A stretch of 64,000 nucleotides of DNA from an uncultured Acidobacteriota bacterium (GCA_963840225.1 CAWIYH010000004.1:30383-94382); one strand, 5' to 3'; counted from the stretch's first letter, positions 9,307 through 18,397 are shown. A program made the numbers and translations. Notes: a model not told the origin generated them from the letters alone.

Positions 9307-10032
9307 CTACTTCGGGATTCGTGAGACGACCTTGCCGGCGGCGTCGAGGAACTCGATTCCGGCCGCACCCGCGGCGTCCACCGAGAGCCTCAGGCGCGGC
9401 TTGCCCAGGCCGTCGGCCAGCGAGACGACCGCCTGATGGTCGGCGTCCTTGCCGACGAACACCCGGCGGGGGCGTGGAGGGAACGACCGGCGGGCGGCTG
9501 TGACGGCGGCGGCCCGCTGTCCGGGATCCCCGATGGCGTTGGCGGCGTTCAGCTTCTCGATCAGCTCCCCGATGTTGGCGTCGGGCGGATCCCACACCTC
9601 AAAGCCGGCCGTGCGCCTGCCGCCGCCCTCGCTGTAGCTGAAGCCGATGGTCTGGTCCTGCTTGAGCTGATCGAACATGATGCCTGCGTCGGCCTGGCGG
9701 GTCCCGTCCGCCTTCCGCTGGCCCGTGAAGGTGAGCCCGCCGACCTCGTCGCCCTGATCGTTGAAGAAGATCAGGCCCGCGACCTTCCGTTCGCGTTTGA
9801 TCACCTTGCCGTCGATCACGCCCGGGTGCATGCGGTCCTTGTTCGAGATGACGAGGCGCAACGTGCCGTCGGCGTCGACGACGTTGAGCCGCTGGACGGT
9901 CAGCTCGCCCGGCGGCTCGGCGGCGCGCACGGCCTGCCGGAACGTCATCGCCGCGAGGCCGGCGAGCACGAACGACGAAACGACGGCGTAAGCACGAAAC
10001 CAGCGCAGCTGTCGGCGAAGCGATCGGCGCAT
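9307..10032 (-). CDS. hypothetical membrane-anchored protein
   Basis: The start at 10032 (MRRSLRRQLRWFRAYAVVSSFVLAGLAAMTF, one TM) is preceded by AGGAGG. The soluble part has no motif I recognise. Confidence 0.5.
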   Translation of the reverse strand: MRRSLRRQLRWFRAYAVVSSFVLAGLAAMTFRQAVRAAEPPGELTVQRLNVVDADGTLRLVISNKDRMHPGVIDGKVIKRERKVAGLIFFNDQGDEVGGLTFTGQRKADGTRQADAGIMFDQLKQDQTIGFSYSEGGGRRTAGFEVWDPPDANIGELIEKLNAANAIGDPGQRAAAVTAARRSFPPRPRRVFVGKDADHQAVVSLADGLGKPRLRLSVDAAGAAGIEFLDAAGKVVSRIPK

Positions 10033-10096
10033 CGGACCCTCCTGGACGTGACGTGGCTCCGCGGCATTGGAGAAGTCGCGCCTGCCGCGCACCGCC

Positions 10097-12277
10097 TCAC
10101 CCGGCGATGGCCCGCAGGAAGGCCCGCGTGGCCGCCGTATCGGCCAGGCGCAGCGCCGCGCGGCTCGGGGCCGGGCCCACGTGCACCGCGAGATCGGTCG
10201 GTCGCAAGGCGGCGAACATGTCCTCGTCGGTGCGATCGTCGCCGACGGCGACCAGCCGCGCGGCCGCGTCGGTCGACTCGAGGATGCGCGCGACCACGAG
10301 CCCCTTGTTGACGACGCGCGGCCGCACCTCGACGACCTTGCTGCCGTCGAGCACCTCGGCGGCGGTCGACGCGAGCAGTTCCGAGAGCTGGCGTCTCAGC
10401 GCCGCCGCGCGTTCGACTCCGAGCGCCGGTGCCACCTGCCGGTAGTGCCACGCGAGCGACGCCGACTTCTCCTCGACGTGGGCCCCGGGCGTCTCGGCGG
10501 CCATCCGTTCGAACAGGCGGCGCACCTCGTCGCGCCACGACAGGTCGACCTCGACGGTCGGCGCCCACGGCGCGCCCGGCGCCCGATGCCAGAGGCCGTG
10601 CTCCGCCCAGAGGGCGATCGGCAGGGGACCGAACCACTCGTCGAGCGTCTCGCGCGGGCGGCCCGAGACGATGTGGACGGCCGTTCCGCGGCGATCGCCG
10701 AGGGTCGCGATCAGGCCGAGGAGCTCGCGATCCGGCACCGCCTGCTCCGGGCGCGGCACGAGCGGCGTGAGCGTGCCGTCGTAGTCCAGCAGCAGGACGA
10801 GCGACCGGGCCTTGCGCAGGCGTGCCACCGTCGCGTCGAGGGGCAGCGAGCTCGGGCGCGCCTCGGGCAGCTCGGTCAACCGGGCGTCCTGCAGTGTGGC
10901 GATGAAGCGCTGCGCCCATTGGTGGACGTCGCGCGGCAGCACCGACGCCCGCAGCGTCCGCATGTGCGCGCTCCGCTCCTGGCGGGTCATCGCCAGCGCC
11001 CGCTGCATGGCCGACATCATCGCCTCGACGTCGTACGGGTTGACCAGCATGGCGTCGCCGAGCTCCTCGGCGGCGCCCGCGAACTCGCTGAGGAGCAGCA
11101 CCCCATCCTCGTCGCTCCGCGACGCGACGAACTCCTTGGCGACCAGGTTCATGCCGTCGCGCAGCGGCGTGACCAGCATCACGTCGGCGGCCCGGTACAG
11201 CGCGACCAGCTGCTGCGGCGACACCGATCGATACAGGTAGTGAATCGGCACCGAGTTGACCGTGCCGACCGTGCCGTTGATCCGGCCGATGAGCTCGTCG
11301 AGCTCCTGGCGGTAGGCGCGGTACGGCGCGACGCCGGTCCGCGAGGGCACCGCCACCTGCACCAGCCGGACGCGATCGCGCAGCGACGGCTCGTGCTCGA
11401 GCAGCCGCTCGAAGGCGAGCAGCCGGCGGAGCAGCCCTTTGGTGTAGTCCAGCCGGTCGATGCCGAGCAGGATGGCGCGATCGCCGGCCTCGCGCCTGAT
11501 GGTGGCGGCCTGCGCCTCGGTCTGCGGATCGTCGGCCAGCCGCTCGAATCGATTGACGTCGATGCCCATCGGAAAGGCGCCGAACCGCACCTCGCGCCCG
11601 TTGACGCGCACGCGATCGTCCCCCGCGTCGCGGCGGGCGATCGAGCGGACCGCGTCGGCGAAGTGGCGCGCGTAGGTCCTGGTGTGGAAGCCGATCAGGT
11701 TCGCGCCGAGCATGCCGTGGATGACCTCCTCGCGCCACGGCAGGATGCGGAAGACCTCGGCGCTCGGCCAGGGGATATGCAGGAAGAAGCCGATTCGCGC
11801 CTCGGGCAGCCGTTCACGGAGCATTCCAGGCAGCAGCGTGAGCTGGTAGTCGTGCACCCAGATGAGATCGCCCGGCTGATGGTGCTGCGCGACGTGATCG
11901 GCGAACCTGGCGTTCACGTCGCGGTACATGTGCCAGCCCCGGGAGTGCAGCGGGATCCGGTCGAGCAAGTAGTGGCAGAGCGGCCAGATCACGCCGTTCG
12001 AGAAGCCTTCGTAATATTCCCGCACCTCCTGCGCCGACAGGTGCACGGGCACGATGCTGCGGGCCTCGAGCTGCTCGGCGAGCTCGGCCCGCTGGGCCGG
12101 AGTCAGGCCGGAGACCTCGCCGGGCCAGCCGATCCACAGTCCGCCCATGACCTCATGGCAGCCGCGCATGCCGGTCGCCAGACCGCCGGAGGACTGGACC
12201 AGCTGAAGCCGCTGGTCGCGCAGCCGGATGGTGATCGGCAACCGGTTCGAGACGATGAGGAGTCGTTCGTCTGGCAT
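10097..12277 (-). CDS. otsA: bifunctional trehalose-6-phosphate synthase / trehalose-phosphatase fusion
   Basis: 726 aa. The N-terminus is a GT20 OtsA (LLIVSNRLPITIRL...SSGGLATGMRG...WIGWPGE...HDYQLTLLPGMLR). The C-terminal ~250 aa is a HAD phosphatase (LVLLLDYDGTLTPLV...VAVGDDRTDEDMF). Confidence 0.9.
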   Translation of the reverse strand: MPDERLLIVSNRLPITIRLRDQRLQLVQSSGGLATGMRGCHEVMGGLWIGWPGEVSGLTPAQRAELAEQLEARSIVPVHLSAQEVREYYEGFSNGVIWPLCHYLLDRIPLHSRGWHMYRDVNARFADHVAQHHQPGDLIWVHDYQLTLLPGMLRERLPEARIGFFLHIPWPSAEVFRILPWREEVIHGMLGANLIGFHTRTYARHFADAVRSIARRDAGDDRVRVNGREVRFGAFPMGIDVNRFERLADDPQTEAQAATIRREAGDRAILLGIDRLDYTKGLLRRLLAFERLLEHEPSLRDRVRLVQVAVPSRTGVAPYRAYRQELDELIGRINGTVGTVNSVPIHYLYRSVSPQQLVALYRAADVMLVTPLRDGMNLVAKEFVASRSDEDGVLLLSEFAGAAEELGDAMLVNPYDVEAMMSAMQRALAMTRQERSAHMRTLRASVLPRDVHQWAQRFIATLQDARLTELPEARPSSLPLDATVARLRKARSLVLLLDYDGTLTPLVPRPEQAVPDRELLGLIATLGDRRGTAVHIVSGRPRETLDEWFGPLPIALWAEHGLWHRAPGAPWAPTVEVDLSWRDEVRRLFERMAAETPGAHVEEKSASLAWHYRQVAPALGVERAAALRRQLSELLASTAAEVLDGSKVVEVRPRVVNKGLVVARILESTDAAARLVAVGDDRTDEDMFAALRPTDLAVHVGPAPSRAALRLADTAATRAFLRAIAG

Positions 12278-12344
12278 GTCTCCGAGGCCCGGCGCGCGTC
12301 GGGCGGTTCAGGTCGATGTGCCATCATGAACGCCGGGAGGCTTC

Positions 12345-13496
12345 ATGTCACATCTGCTCTTCGATCAGTTGCCGGGCTGGCCGGTCGTGATCGGCGGGCT
12401 GGCGGCCGTGCTGGTCGCCGCCTACGCCGTCGCGGAAGTGATGGCGCGAATCGCCCGGGCCGTTCTGCTGCTCGCGCTCCGCGGCGAACGGAACGTACAG
12501 TTTGCAGGCCCGATCGTCCGGCGTCCGATCCGGCTCATCCGAGTGGTCGCGTTTCTGGCGACCGTCGTGCTGCTGAGCGTGCCGGTGGCCAAGATGGTCG
12601 GCATCCCGCTCGTGGTGGGGCCCGATCCGGGCATGCTGCTCAGCTGGCTCCTCGGCTCCGGCCTGCGCATCGTGCTCATCGGCATTATGGCCTACACCGT
12701 GGGCCGCGTGGTCGCGGCCATGGTGCGGCGGCTCGAGGACGAGATCAGCCGCGACGAAGCGGTCAATGCCCTCGAGCGCGTGAAGCGCGCCCGCACCCTG
12801 GGCGCGCTCATCGAGAACGTCTCGTCGGTGGCGATCGCGGCCGTCGCCGGGCTGATGATCCTCAAGGAGCTCCAGGTCGACATCATGCCGATCCTGACCG
12901 GCGCCGGCATTGCCGGCCTCGCCGTCGGCTTCGGCGCGCAGACGCTCGTTCGCGACATCATCAGCGGCTTCTTCATGATCTTCGAGAACCAGGTCCGCGT
13001 CGGCGATGTCGCCGTGATCAACGGGACCGGCGGGCTCGTCGAGGCCATCAACCTGAGGACGATCGTCCTGCGCGATCTCCAGGGCGTGGTTCACATCTTC
13101 CCCAACGGCGCCATCGAGCGCCTCGCCAACATGACCCGCGACTTCTCCTATGCCGTCCTCGACGTCGGCGTGGCGTACAAGGAGGACACCGACGCCGTCA
13201 CGGCCGTGCTGAAGGAGGTCGGCGCCGACCTGCAGGAGGATCCGGCGTACGCGCCCAGCCTCCTCGCCCCGCTCGAGGTGCTCGGCGTCGACGCCTTCGG
13301 CGATTCCGCCGTGACGATCAAGGTGCGCATCAAGACGCTGCCCCTCAAGCAGTGGGATGTCGGCCGCGAGTTGCGCCGGCGCATCAAGAAGGCGTTCGAC
13401 GCCCGCCGGATCGAGATCCCGTTCCCGCACCTGTCGGTGTACTTCGGCGAGGCCAGTCGGCCGTTCGAGGTCCGGCCGATGGCGGGCGTGTCGTAG
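12345..13496 (+). CDS. MscS-family mechanosensitive ion channel
   Basis: 383 aa with N-terminal TM helices. It carries the MscS core ILTGAGIAGLAVGFGAQTLVRDIISGFFMIFENQVRVGDVAVINGTGGLVEAINLRTIVLRDLQGVVHIFPNG. Confidence 0.85.
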   Translation: MSHLLFDQLPGWPVVIGGLAAVLVAAYAVAEVMARIARAVLLLALRGERNVQFAGPIVRRPIRLIRVVAFLATVVLLSVPVAKMVGIPLVVGPDPGMLLSWLLGSGLRIVLIGIMAYTVGRVVAAMVRRLEDEISRDEAVNALERVKRARTLGALIENVSSVAIAAVAGLMILKELQVDIMPILTGAGIAGLAVGFGAQTLVRDIISGFFMIFENQVRVGDVAVINGTGGLVEAINLRTIVLRDLQGVVHIFPNGAIERLANMTRDFSYAVLDVGVAYKEDTDAVTAVLKEVGADLQEDPAYAPSLLAPLEVLGVDAFGDSAVTIKVRIKTLPLKQWDVGRELRRRIKKAFDARRIEIPFPHLSVYFGEASRPFEVRPMAGVS

Positions 13497-13577
13497 GCGA
13501 TCCGTGTGTCGGGCTGCCGGAACTCCGGCAGATACCTGCGCACGTGGCCTTGCAGACATCCGGGCCTGGCCGCCGCC

Positions 13578-13649
13578 GAGGATCCCCAGCTCGCACAGGT
13601 CGGCGACGAGATGGCGCCCGACGAACCCGGAAGCGCCTGTAATGATGAC
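13578..13649 (-). pseudogene. possible remnant of the N-terminal Rossmann motif of an NAD-dependent epimerase/dehydratase
   Basis: The reverse-strand frame reads QVIITGASGFVGRHLVADLCELGI (TGxxGFxG motif). There is no start codon and no continuation, because it runs into the antisense strand of the mscS 3' end. Confidence 0.25.
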
Positions 13650-13705
13650 CTGCGGGTGCTGCGCCGCGATCCGGAGTCGGGCCCGCTGCGCCAGCAGCTG
13701 CTCGA

Positions 13706-14749
13706 CTACCGCCCCATGACGCTCCGCTTCGGATGCGATCGGGCGCAGGAGACCTTCGAGGAGATCGCCGCCCGATCGACGGCATCGGCCGGCTGACGCG
13801 CGGCGGCTGCACGGTCGGGCTGCCCGGGAGGCGCCACCTCCTCGAACCGACGCGCATCGTCGGGCTCTTCGAACGGTGGCGGCCGGCGCCGCGACGTCAT
13901 CTCGCTGGCCGCGGCGCCGCCGCAGGACCGGCGCTCGTCGGTCCCTCGGCCTTCGAACGCCGGGACGCGGCCGGGCGGGCCGGTCTTGCCGCGATCAGCG
14001 CGGCGAGCAGCGCGTCCACCTCGATTCTGGCTGCGCAGGTGGTGCGCCGCGCGGGAGCCCCGCTCGGCGCCGACGCGGATGGCGAGCAGCCGGTCCGGCT
14101 GCTCGCACGCGAACGCGTCCTCGTCGGTCGCGTCGTCGCCCACGTAGATGGCGACGTCGCAGACGAGCTGCCGCCTGGCGCGGACGAGGGTCGTTCCCTT
14201 GTCTGGCGCGCCGCGCGGAACCACGTCGATCGCCTGCCGCCCGTTCACCACCCGGCTGCCGCGGAGGCGCCGCAGGCTCCGGCGGATGGCGGCCAGGGCG
14301 ACCTCCTTCTGCCGGGCGCGGCGGTAGTGGATGGCGATCGAGTAGGTCTTGTCCTCGATGGTGATGCCGCGCACGGCCTTGAGCCGGCGCTCGAGCATGC
14401 GCATCCATTCCCGGACGTGCTCGGCGAACGCGGTGGTCTTATCCCACGGCTCGACGCCGTGGTTGCCGGCGACGTGCCAGATCGGAATGCCGTCGAGATG
14501 TCGAGCCAGCTCGTCGTGCGTCCGGCCGGAGACGACGATGCAGGGATAGCGGCGGGCGACCGCCGCCAGGAGGCGCCGGGTCCGCTGACGCATCCGGGCG
14601 CGCGCGGGCGTCGCGTGGATCGGCGCGAGCGTGCCGTCGTAGTCGAAGGCGAGCAGCACGTTCGAGGCGGCGAAGCTCTGGAGGGCGGCGGCGTGTTTCT
14701 TGGCGAACAGGTAGCCCATGGGCGGGTCAGGGTCCCACTGTTGTATCAC
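13706..14749 (-). CDS. otsB: trehalose-phosphatase-like HAD hydrolase; the 3' third is suspect (see findings)
   Basis: LLAFDYDGTLAPIH...IVVSGRTHDEL...GAPDKGTTLV...YVGDDATDEDAF are the HAD/OtsB motifs. After ...HHLRSQ the called frame becomes Arg/Pro/Gly-rich. A different frame encodes IEVDALLAALI and stops at 13898. Confidence 0.7.
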   Translation of the reverse strand: MIQQWDPDPPMGYLFAKKHAAALQSFAASNVLLAFDYDGTLAPIHATPARARMRQRTRRLLAAVARRYPCIVVSGRTHDELARHLDGIPIWHVAGNHGVEPWDKTTAFAEHVREWMRMLERRLKAVRGITIEDKTYSIAIHYRRARQKEVALAAIRRSLRRLRGSRVVNGRQAIDVVPRGAPDKGTTLVRARRQLVCDVAIYVGDDATDEDAFACEQPDRLLAIRVGAERGSRAAHHLRSQNRGGRAARRADRGKTGPPGRVPAFEGRGTDERRSCGGAAASEMTSRRRPPPFEEPDDARRFEEVAPPGQPDRAAAARQPADAVDRAAISSKVSCARSHPKRSVMGR

Positions 14750-14874
14750 AGGCGATCGTTGCTACTCAAACGAGCCGTCGGGAGGCGCGCCGGGCCGAAC
14801 GCCCGGCGGCCTGACCGCGCTTGTACGCCGGGCCGGCTCCGGCTATGATGCTGGCTGGAGGGTGCCTGGTGCGT

Positions 14875-15435
14875 ATGACTCGTCTGGCGGTCCTTGCGAC
14901 CGCGCTGCTCGTCGCCGCGGCCGCGCCCGCACGCGCCGACGGCTACATTACGCCGTTCTACGGCTTCAACTTCGGCGGCGACTCCGCCAACTGCGTCAGC
15001 CTGACGAACTGCCAGGAGAAACGCACGAACCTCGGGGTGTCGCTCGGCTCGATGGGCACCGTGCTCGGGTTCGAAGCGGACTTCGGCTACGCGAAGGACT
15101 TCTTCGGGGAGACGCCCGGCGCCGACACGTCCGTGCTGACCTTCACGACCAACGTCACGGTGTCGGTGCCCGTGGGACCGATTCGCCCCTACCTGGTCGG
15201 CGGCGTCGGCCTGATCCGGCCGCACGCGTCGTTGTCGTTCTCCGCCCTCAGCATCGACAAGAACGCGTTCGGCTACGACCTGGGCGGCGGCATCAACCTG
15301 CTGCCGACCGCGCATCTCGGCGTACGCGGCGACGTGCGCCGGTTCCGGACGTTCAAGGACATGACGCTGTTCGTCTTCACGGGCGAGAAGCTGGACTTCT
15401 GGCGCGGCAGCATCGGCCTGGTGCTGAAGTTCTGA
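14875..15435 (+). CDS. small outer-membrane beta-barrel protein (OMP_b-brl type)
   Basis: Signal peptide MTRLAVLATALLVAAAAPARADG. Alternating beta pattern with the terminal ...GSIGLVLKF. The in-frame GTG at 14869 behind GGAGGG is an alternative start. Confidence 0.75.
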   Translation: MTRLAVLATALLVAAAAPARADGYITPFYGFNFGGDSANCVSLTNCQEKRTNLGVSLGSMGTVLGFEADFGYAKDFFGETPGADTSVLTFTTNVTVSVPVGPIRPYLVGGVGLIRPHASLSFSALSIDKNAFGYDLGGGINLLPTAHLGVRGDVRRFRTFKDMTLFVFTGEKLDFWRGSIGLVLKF

Positions 15436-15438
15436 CGC

Positions 15439-16296
15439 TCACCGCGCGCCCGGCTTGACCACGTCGGCCATCGCCGGCGCCGGCGGCAGCGCGCGGAGGT
15501 GCGCCTGCAGCCGGTCGAACGCCCGCGTGCTCCGAATGGGATTGGCGACGTCGAGCGTTCGCGCCTCCTCGGAGATGTATGCATAGCGATTGCCCGGATT
15601 CGGGTGATCGCTCAGCCATTCGGGGACGCCCGGCCCTCCCTGCTGCTCGAGCATCTTGAACATGTTGGCCATCTCCTTGGGGTCGTACCCTGCGCGCGCC
15701 ATCAGGTGCGAGCCCTCGATATCGGCCTGCTTCTCGTATTCGCGGCTGTAGCGCATGAACGCGACCCCGATACCGAGCCGCGACCCCTGGGTGATCAGAT
15801 CGCCGACTCGCCCGCCGACCGCCGACCCGAGCAGCGCCCCGGCGAGCTCGCCGATCTCGTAGGGCGTGGCCTTGCTCGCCTGCGCGGTGCCGTGGCGCAG
15901 CACGACGTGACTGAGCTCGTGCGCCATGACGCCGGCGACTTCGCCCTCGGTCCGGGCGGCGGCGAGCATGCCGCGATTGACGAACATCGGCCCGCCGGGC
16001 AGGGCGAACGCGTTGATGTCTTTGACGTTGACCGCCTGAAACGTGTACTGGAACTCCGGGTGGCGAAGCGCGGACGGAATGGCGCCGACCAGCCGGTGTC
16101 CCACGGCGTCGACGTACGACGCGACCAGGTCGTCATCGAGCATTGGCAGTTGCTGCCGGACCTGCGCGGCGGCCTGCTGGCCCACCTGCACGTCCTGCGC
16201 CGGTGAGTACCAGTTCTTGGGCGGACTGACCGGGGTCTGGGCCATGACGGTGGCGACCGAGACGGTCGCCGCGATGAGCATGAGGCGTCCCTGCAT
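15439..16296 (-). CDS. M48-family zinc metallopeptidase
   Basis: HExxH motif (VMAHELSHVVLRH). The start at 16296 (MQGRLMLIAATVSVATVMAQ signal peptide) is preferred over the 344-aa track extension. Confidence 0.85.
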   Translation of the reverse strand: MQGRLMLIAATVSVATVMAQTPVSPPKNWYSPAQDVQVGQQAAAQVRQQLPMLDDDLVASYVDAVGHRLVGAIPSALRHPEFQYTFQAVNVKDINAFALPGGPMFVNRGMLAAARTEGEVAGVMAHELSHVVLRHGTAQASKATPYEIGELAGALLGSAVGGRVGDLITQGSRLGIGVAFMRYSREYEKQADIEGSHLMARAGYDPKEMANMFKMLEQQGGPGVPEWLSDHPNPGNRYAYISEEARTLDVANPIRSTRAFDRLQAHLRALPPAPAMADVVKPGAR

Positions 16297-16363
16297 CGGG
16301 CAGAACTTGTGCAAGACCCAATCCTGCTCGGGGTCCACCGGGACCTCGACAGCAGGAGGCATT

Positions 16364-16825
16364 ATGACCGATTCGACCGTTTCACACGCCCAGCTGATCG
16401 ACCGCTTGAACGAAGACCTGGCGAGGGAGTACCAGGCGATCATCGCGTATGTCGTGTATTCCCAGGTTCTCACCGGCCCTCAATACATGAGCATCGCCGC
16501 CGAACTGCAGAAGCACGCGCAACAGGAGCTGCAGCACGCCCTCAAGATCTCCAAGCACGTCGACTATCTGGGCGGGATGCCGACGGCGACGCCGCTTCCG
16601 GTAAAGCTCAGCGAGAAGGCGGAAGAGATGCTGCGCGCGGACCTCGACAACGAAACCGAAACGGTCCGCCACTACCGCGCGCGAATCAAGCAGTGCGAGG
16701 CGCTTGGCGAGTACGGCATCGCCGAGGACATCCGCGAGATTCTCCGTCAGGAGCAGGAGCATCAGATCGACCTGGCGACGGCGCTCGGCATCGACGTGCC
16801 GCGGGTCGCGGACGTGAGAACGTGA
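16364..16825 (+). CDS. ferritin-like (bacterioferritin/Dps-superfamily) protein
   Basis: 153 aa from the ATG at 16364 behind AGGAGG. Di-iron-type helices: LAREYQAIIAYVVYSQ...ELQKHAQQELQHALKISKHVDYLGG...DNETETVRHY...ILRQEQEH. Confidence 0.8.
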   Translation: MTDSTVSHAQLIDRLNEDLAREYQAIIAYVVYSQVLTGPQYMSIAAELQKHAQQELQHALKISKHVDYLGGMPTATPLPVKLSEKAEEMLRADLDNETETVRHYRARIKQCEALGEYGIAEDIREILRQEQEHQIDLATALGIDVPRVADVRT

Positions 16826-17029
16826 CGGCGTCGGTGCGCCGCGTCGGCCGCAGACGAGCCGCCTCGCATCGCGGCTGGCCGCATCGGCGATTCAGTGGGC
16901 GCTACGTTCAGTGGAACCGCCTTTGCACCGTAGCCTTCGCGGTTGCGTCGCGTGCCCTTGTTGAGACACGGCGTCGATGCGCCGCGGAGTGGGCGCATTT
17001 CGGCCGTGCCGCGCCACAACCGAAGAGCG

Positions 17030-17293
17030 ATGTCCAACAGCCGACCGATCCGTCGCCGGGCGGGCCGACCGCCAGCGGGTGCCAGAGAGGGAGAGAAGGT
17101 CAAGGACTATCCGCAGCTGAGCATCCGCGTGCCGCAGGAAATGAAGGCGCGTCTGAGCGCGTTGAGTGTCGTCACCGGGCTCGCGCAGTGGCGTCTCATC
17201 GTCGAAGCGATCGATTGCTTCGTGGATGATCTCCCGCCGACCGATCGTGAGCTGGTCGTCGGCCTCAGCGCACGCCTGTTGCGGGCGGGCTGA
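17030..17293 (+). CDS. small ribbon-helix-helix (CopG-like) DNA-binding protein (putative)
   Basis: MSNSRPIRRRAGRP...YPQLSIRVPQEMKARLSALSVVTGLAQWRLIVEAIDCFV fits a beta-strand plus two-helix RHH pattern. No partner toxin is seen. Confidence 0.4.
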   Translation: MSNSRPIRRRAGRPPAGAREGEKVKDYPQLSIRVPQEMKARLSALSVVTGLAQWRLIVEAIDCFVDDLPPTDRELVVGLSARLLRAG

Positions 17294-17459
17294 TTCGCCT
17301 CGCCCGCCTCCGCCATTCGTTCTGCCGGCCACCGGGCGCCAGCCTGTTTGCCAATTGTTGTCACATGGACCCGCCGACTGACAGAAAGCGTCAATTGGAA
17401 GCCCACGTTATTTCGATGCAAGCGCCAGTGTATCAATAGCTTAGCGGAAAGTCTCCTTC

Positions 17460-17475
17460 CGGCACGCCATTCGCA
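17460..17475 (+). promoter_or_regulatory. sigma-54 (-24/-12) type promoter candidate upstream of the pilin gene
   Basis: cGGCACGccaTTCGCA has correct GG-N10-GC spacing. It shares the motif GGCACG-N3-TTCGCA with the site at 35403-35418. It lies about 35 nt upstream of the pilin start. Confidence 0.45.
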
Positions 17476-17510
17476 CCTCATCGGTGACGTCAAGGACCGT
17501 AAGGAGAGTG

Positions 17511-18047
17511 GTGCGACTCCAACCTGCGCAGGCTCGCGGCTTCGCTCTGATCGACCTGGTGTTCGTCATAGGCGTGATCGGAGTGCTTTCGGCGATGGCG
17601 CTGCCGCGCCTGATCACGGCACGTCAGGCCGCCGGTTCGGCTTCCGCGATCGGCTCGCTCCGCACCCTGAACAGTTCGCAGCTCACGTTCGCGTTGACGT
17701 GCGGCTCCGGCTTTTACGCGCCGGATCTGGTGACGCTCGGTACGCCGCCGCCAGGCAGCAACGAGCCGTTCGTCACCAGCGGGCTTGGCGACGCCAACGT
17801 CGTGACACGATCCGGATACGTCATCCAACTGGAGGCGACCGCGTTCAGCGGAGCGCCTCCGAGCTGCAACGGACTCGGAGGCGGGATGACCGGCCAGGGG
17901 TTCAGGGCCGCCGCCGATCCGGTCGAGCCGAACACCACGCGCCATTTCGCCACGAACGCGAACACCCTGATCTTCGAGAACGATTCGACGTTGTATGCCG
18001 TCATGCCCGAGATCGGCGAGCCGCCGATCGGACACCTCCTCCGCTAA
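17511..18047 (+). CDS. type IV pilin-like protein (prepilin-type N-terminal cleavage/methylation domain)
   Basis: From GTG 17511 (or 17508) behind AAGGAG, a short basic leader MRLQPAQARG precedes FALIDLVFVIGVIGVLSAMALP (G/F cleavage site, acidic residue at +5 is D). The track ORF starts at 17484. Confidence 0.65.
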   Translation: MRLQPAQARGFALIDLVFVIGVIGVLSAMALPRLITARQAAGSASAIGSLRTLNSSQLTFALTCGSGFYAPDLVTLGTPPPGSNEPFVTSGLGDANVVTRSGYVIQLEATAFSGAPPSCNGLGGGMTGQGFRAAADPVEPNTTRHFATNANTLIFENDSTLYAVMPEIGEPPIGHLLR

Positions 18048-18052
18048 TCGGC

Positions 18053-18058
18053 TATAAT
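18053..18058 (+). promoter_or_regulatory. perfect TATAAT -10 hexamer 7 nt upstream of the ferredoxin ATG (leaderless candidate)
   Basis: cggcTATAATccggtccATG; there is no Shine-Dalgarno sequence. Confidence 0.35.
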
Positions 18059-18065
18059 CCGGTCC

Positions 18066-18389
18066 ATGTGGACCAAGATGATGGGCGGGCCCAGGAAGAA
18101 GGCGCCGCGCACGATCGCGGTGATCGATCCCGACCGCTGCTTCGGCGCGTTCGCGTGTTCGATCTGCCAGGCCGCCTGTCCGGTGGCCGGTTGTATCGTG
18201 GAAGAGCCGGATCGCGACGGCCGGATGGTCTGCGCGGTTCGGGCCGACCTCTGCATCGGATGCGGCCTCTGCGTCACGCTCGGGAATCCCACCGCGCCGC
18301 AGCAGCGTGAGTTCGGGTGTCCGGCGGACTACGACGCCATCAACATGCTGCCGTTCGACGAGGTCGTCAAGGCGCTGCAGACGGCCTGA
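18066..18389 (+). CDS. atypical 2x[4Fe-4S]-type ferredoxin-domain protein
   Basis: The Cys motifs are CFGAFACSICQAACP and CIGCGLCVT...GCP. Confidence 0.65.
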   Translation: MWTKMMGGPRKKAPRTIAVIDPDRCFGAFACSICQAACPVAGCIVEEPDRDGRMVCAVRADLCIGCGLCVTLGNPTAPQQREFGCPADYDAINMLPFDEVVKALQTA

Positions 18390-18397
18390 CGCAAGCG

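Noticed and set aside
7973-9595. 540-aa ORF read as one protein
   Set aside because: Only the last 232 aa (RES domain) look like protein. The upstream part is an open-frame extension running out of frame through the antitoxin gene. A proper ATG at 8671 overlaps the antitoxin stop.
10067-13642. 1191-aa plus-strand ORF
   Set aside because: It runs antisense to otsA and out of frame through mscS, with Arg/Pro-rich low complexity. The real genes are 10097-12277 (-) and 12345-13496 (+).
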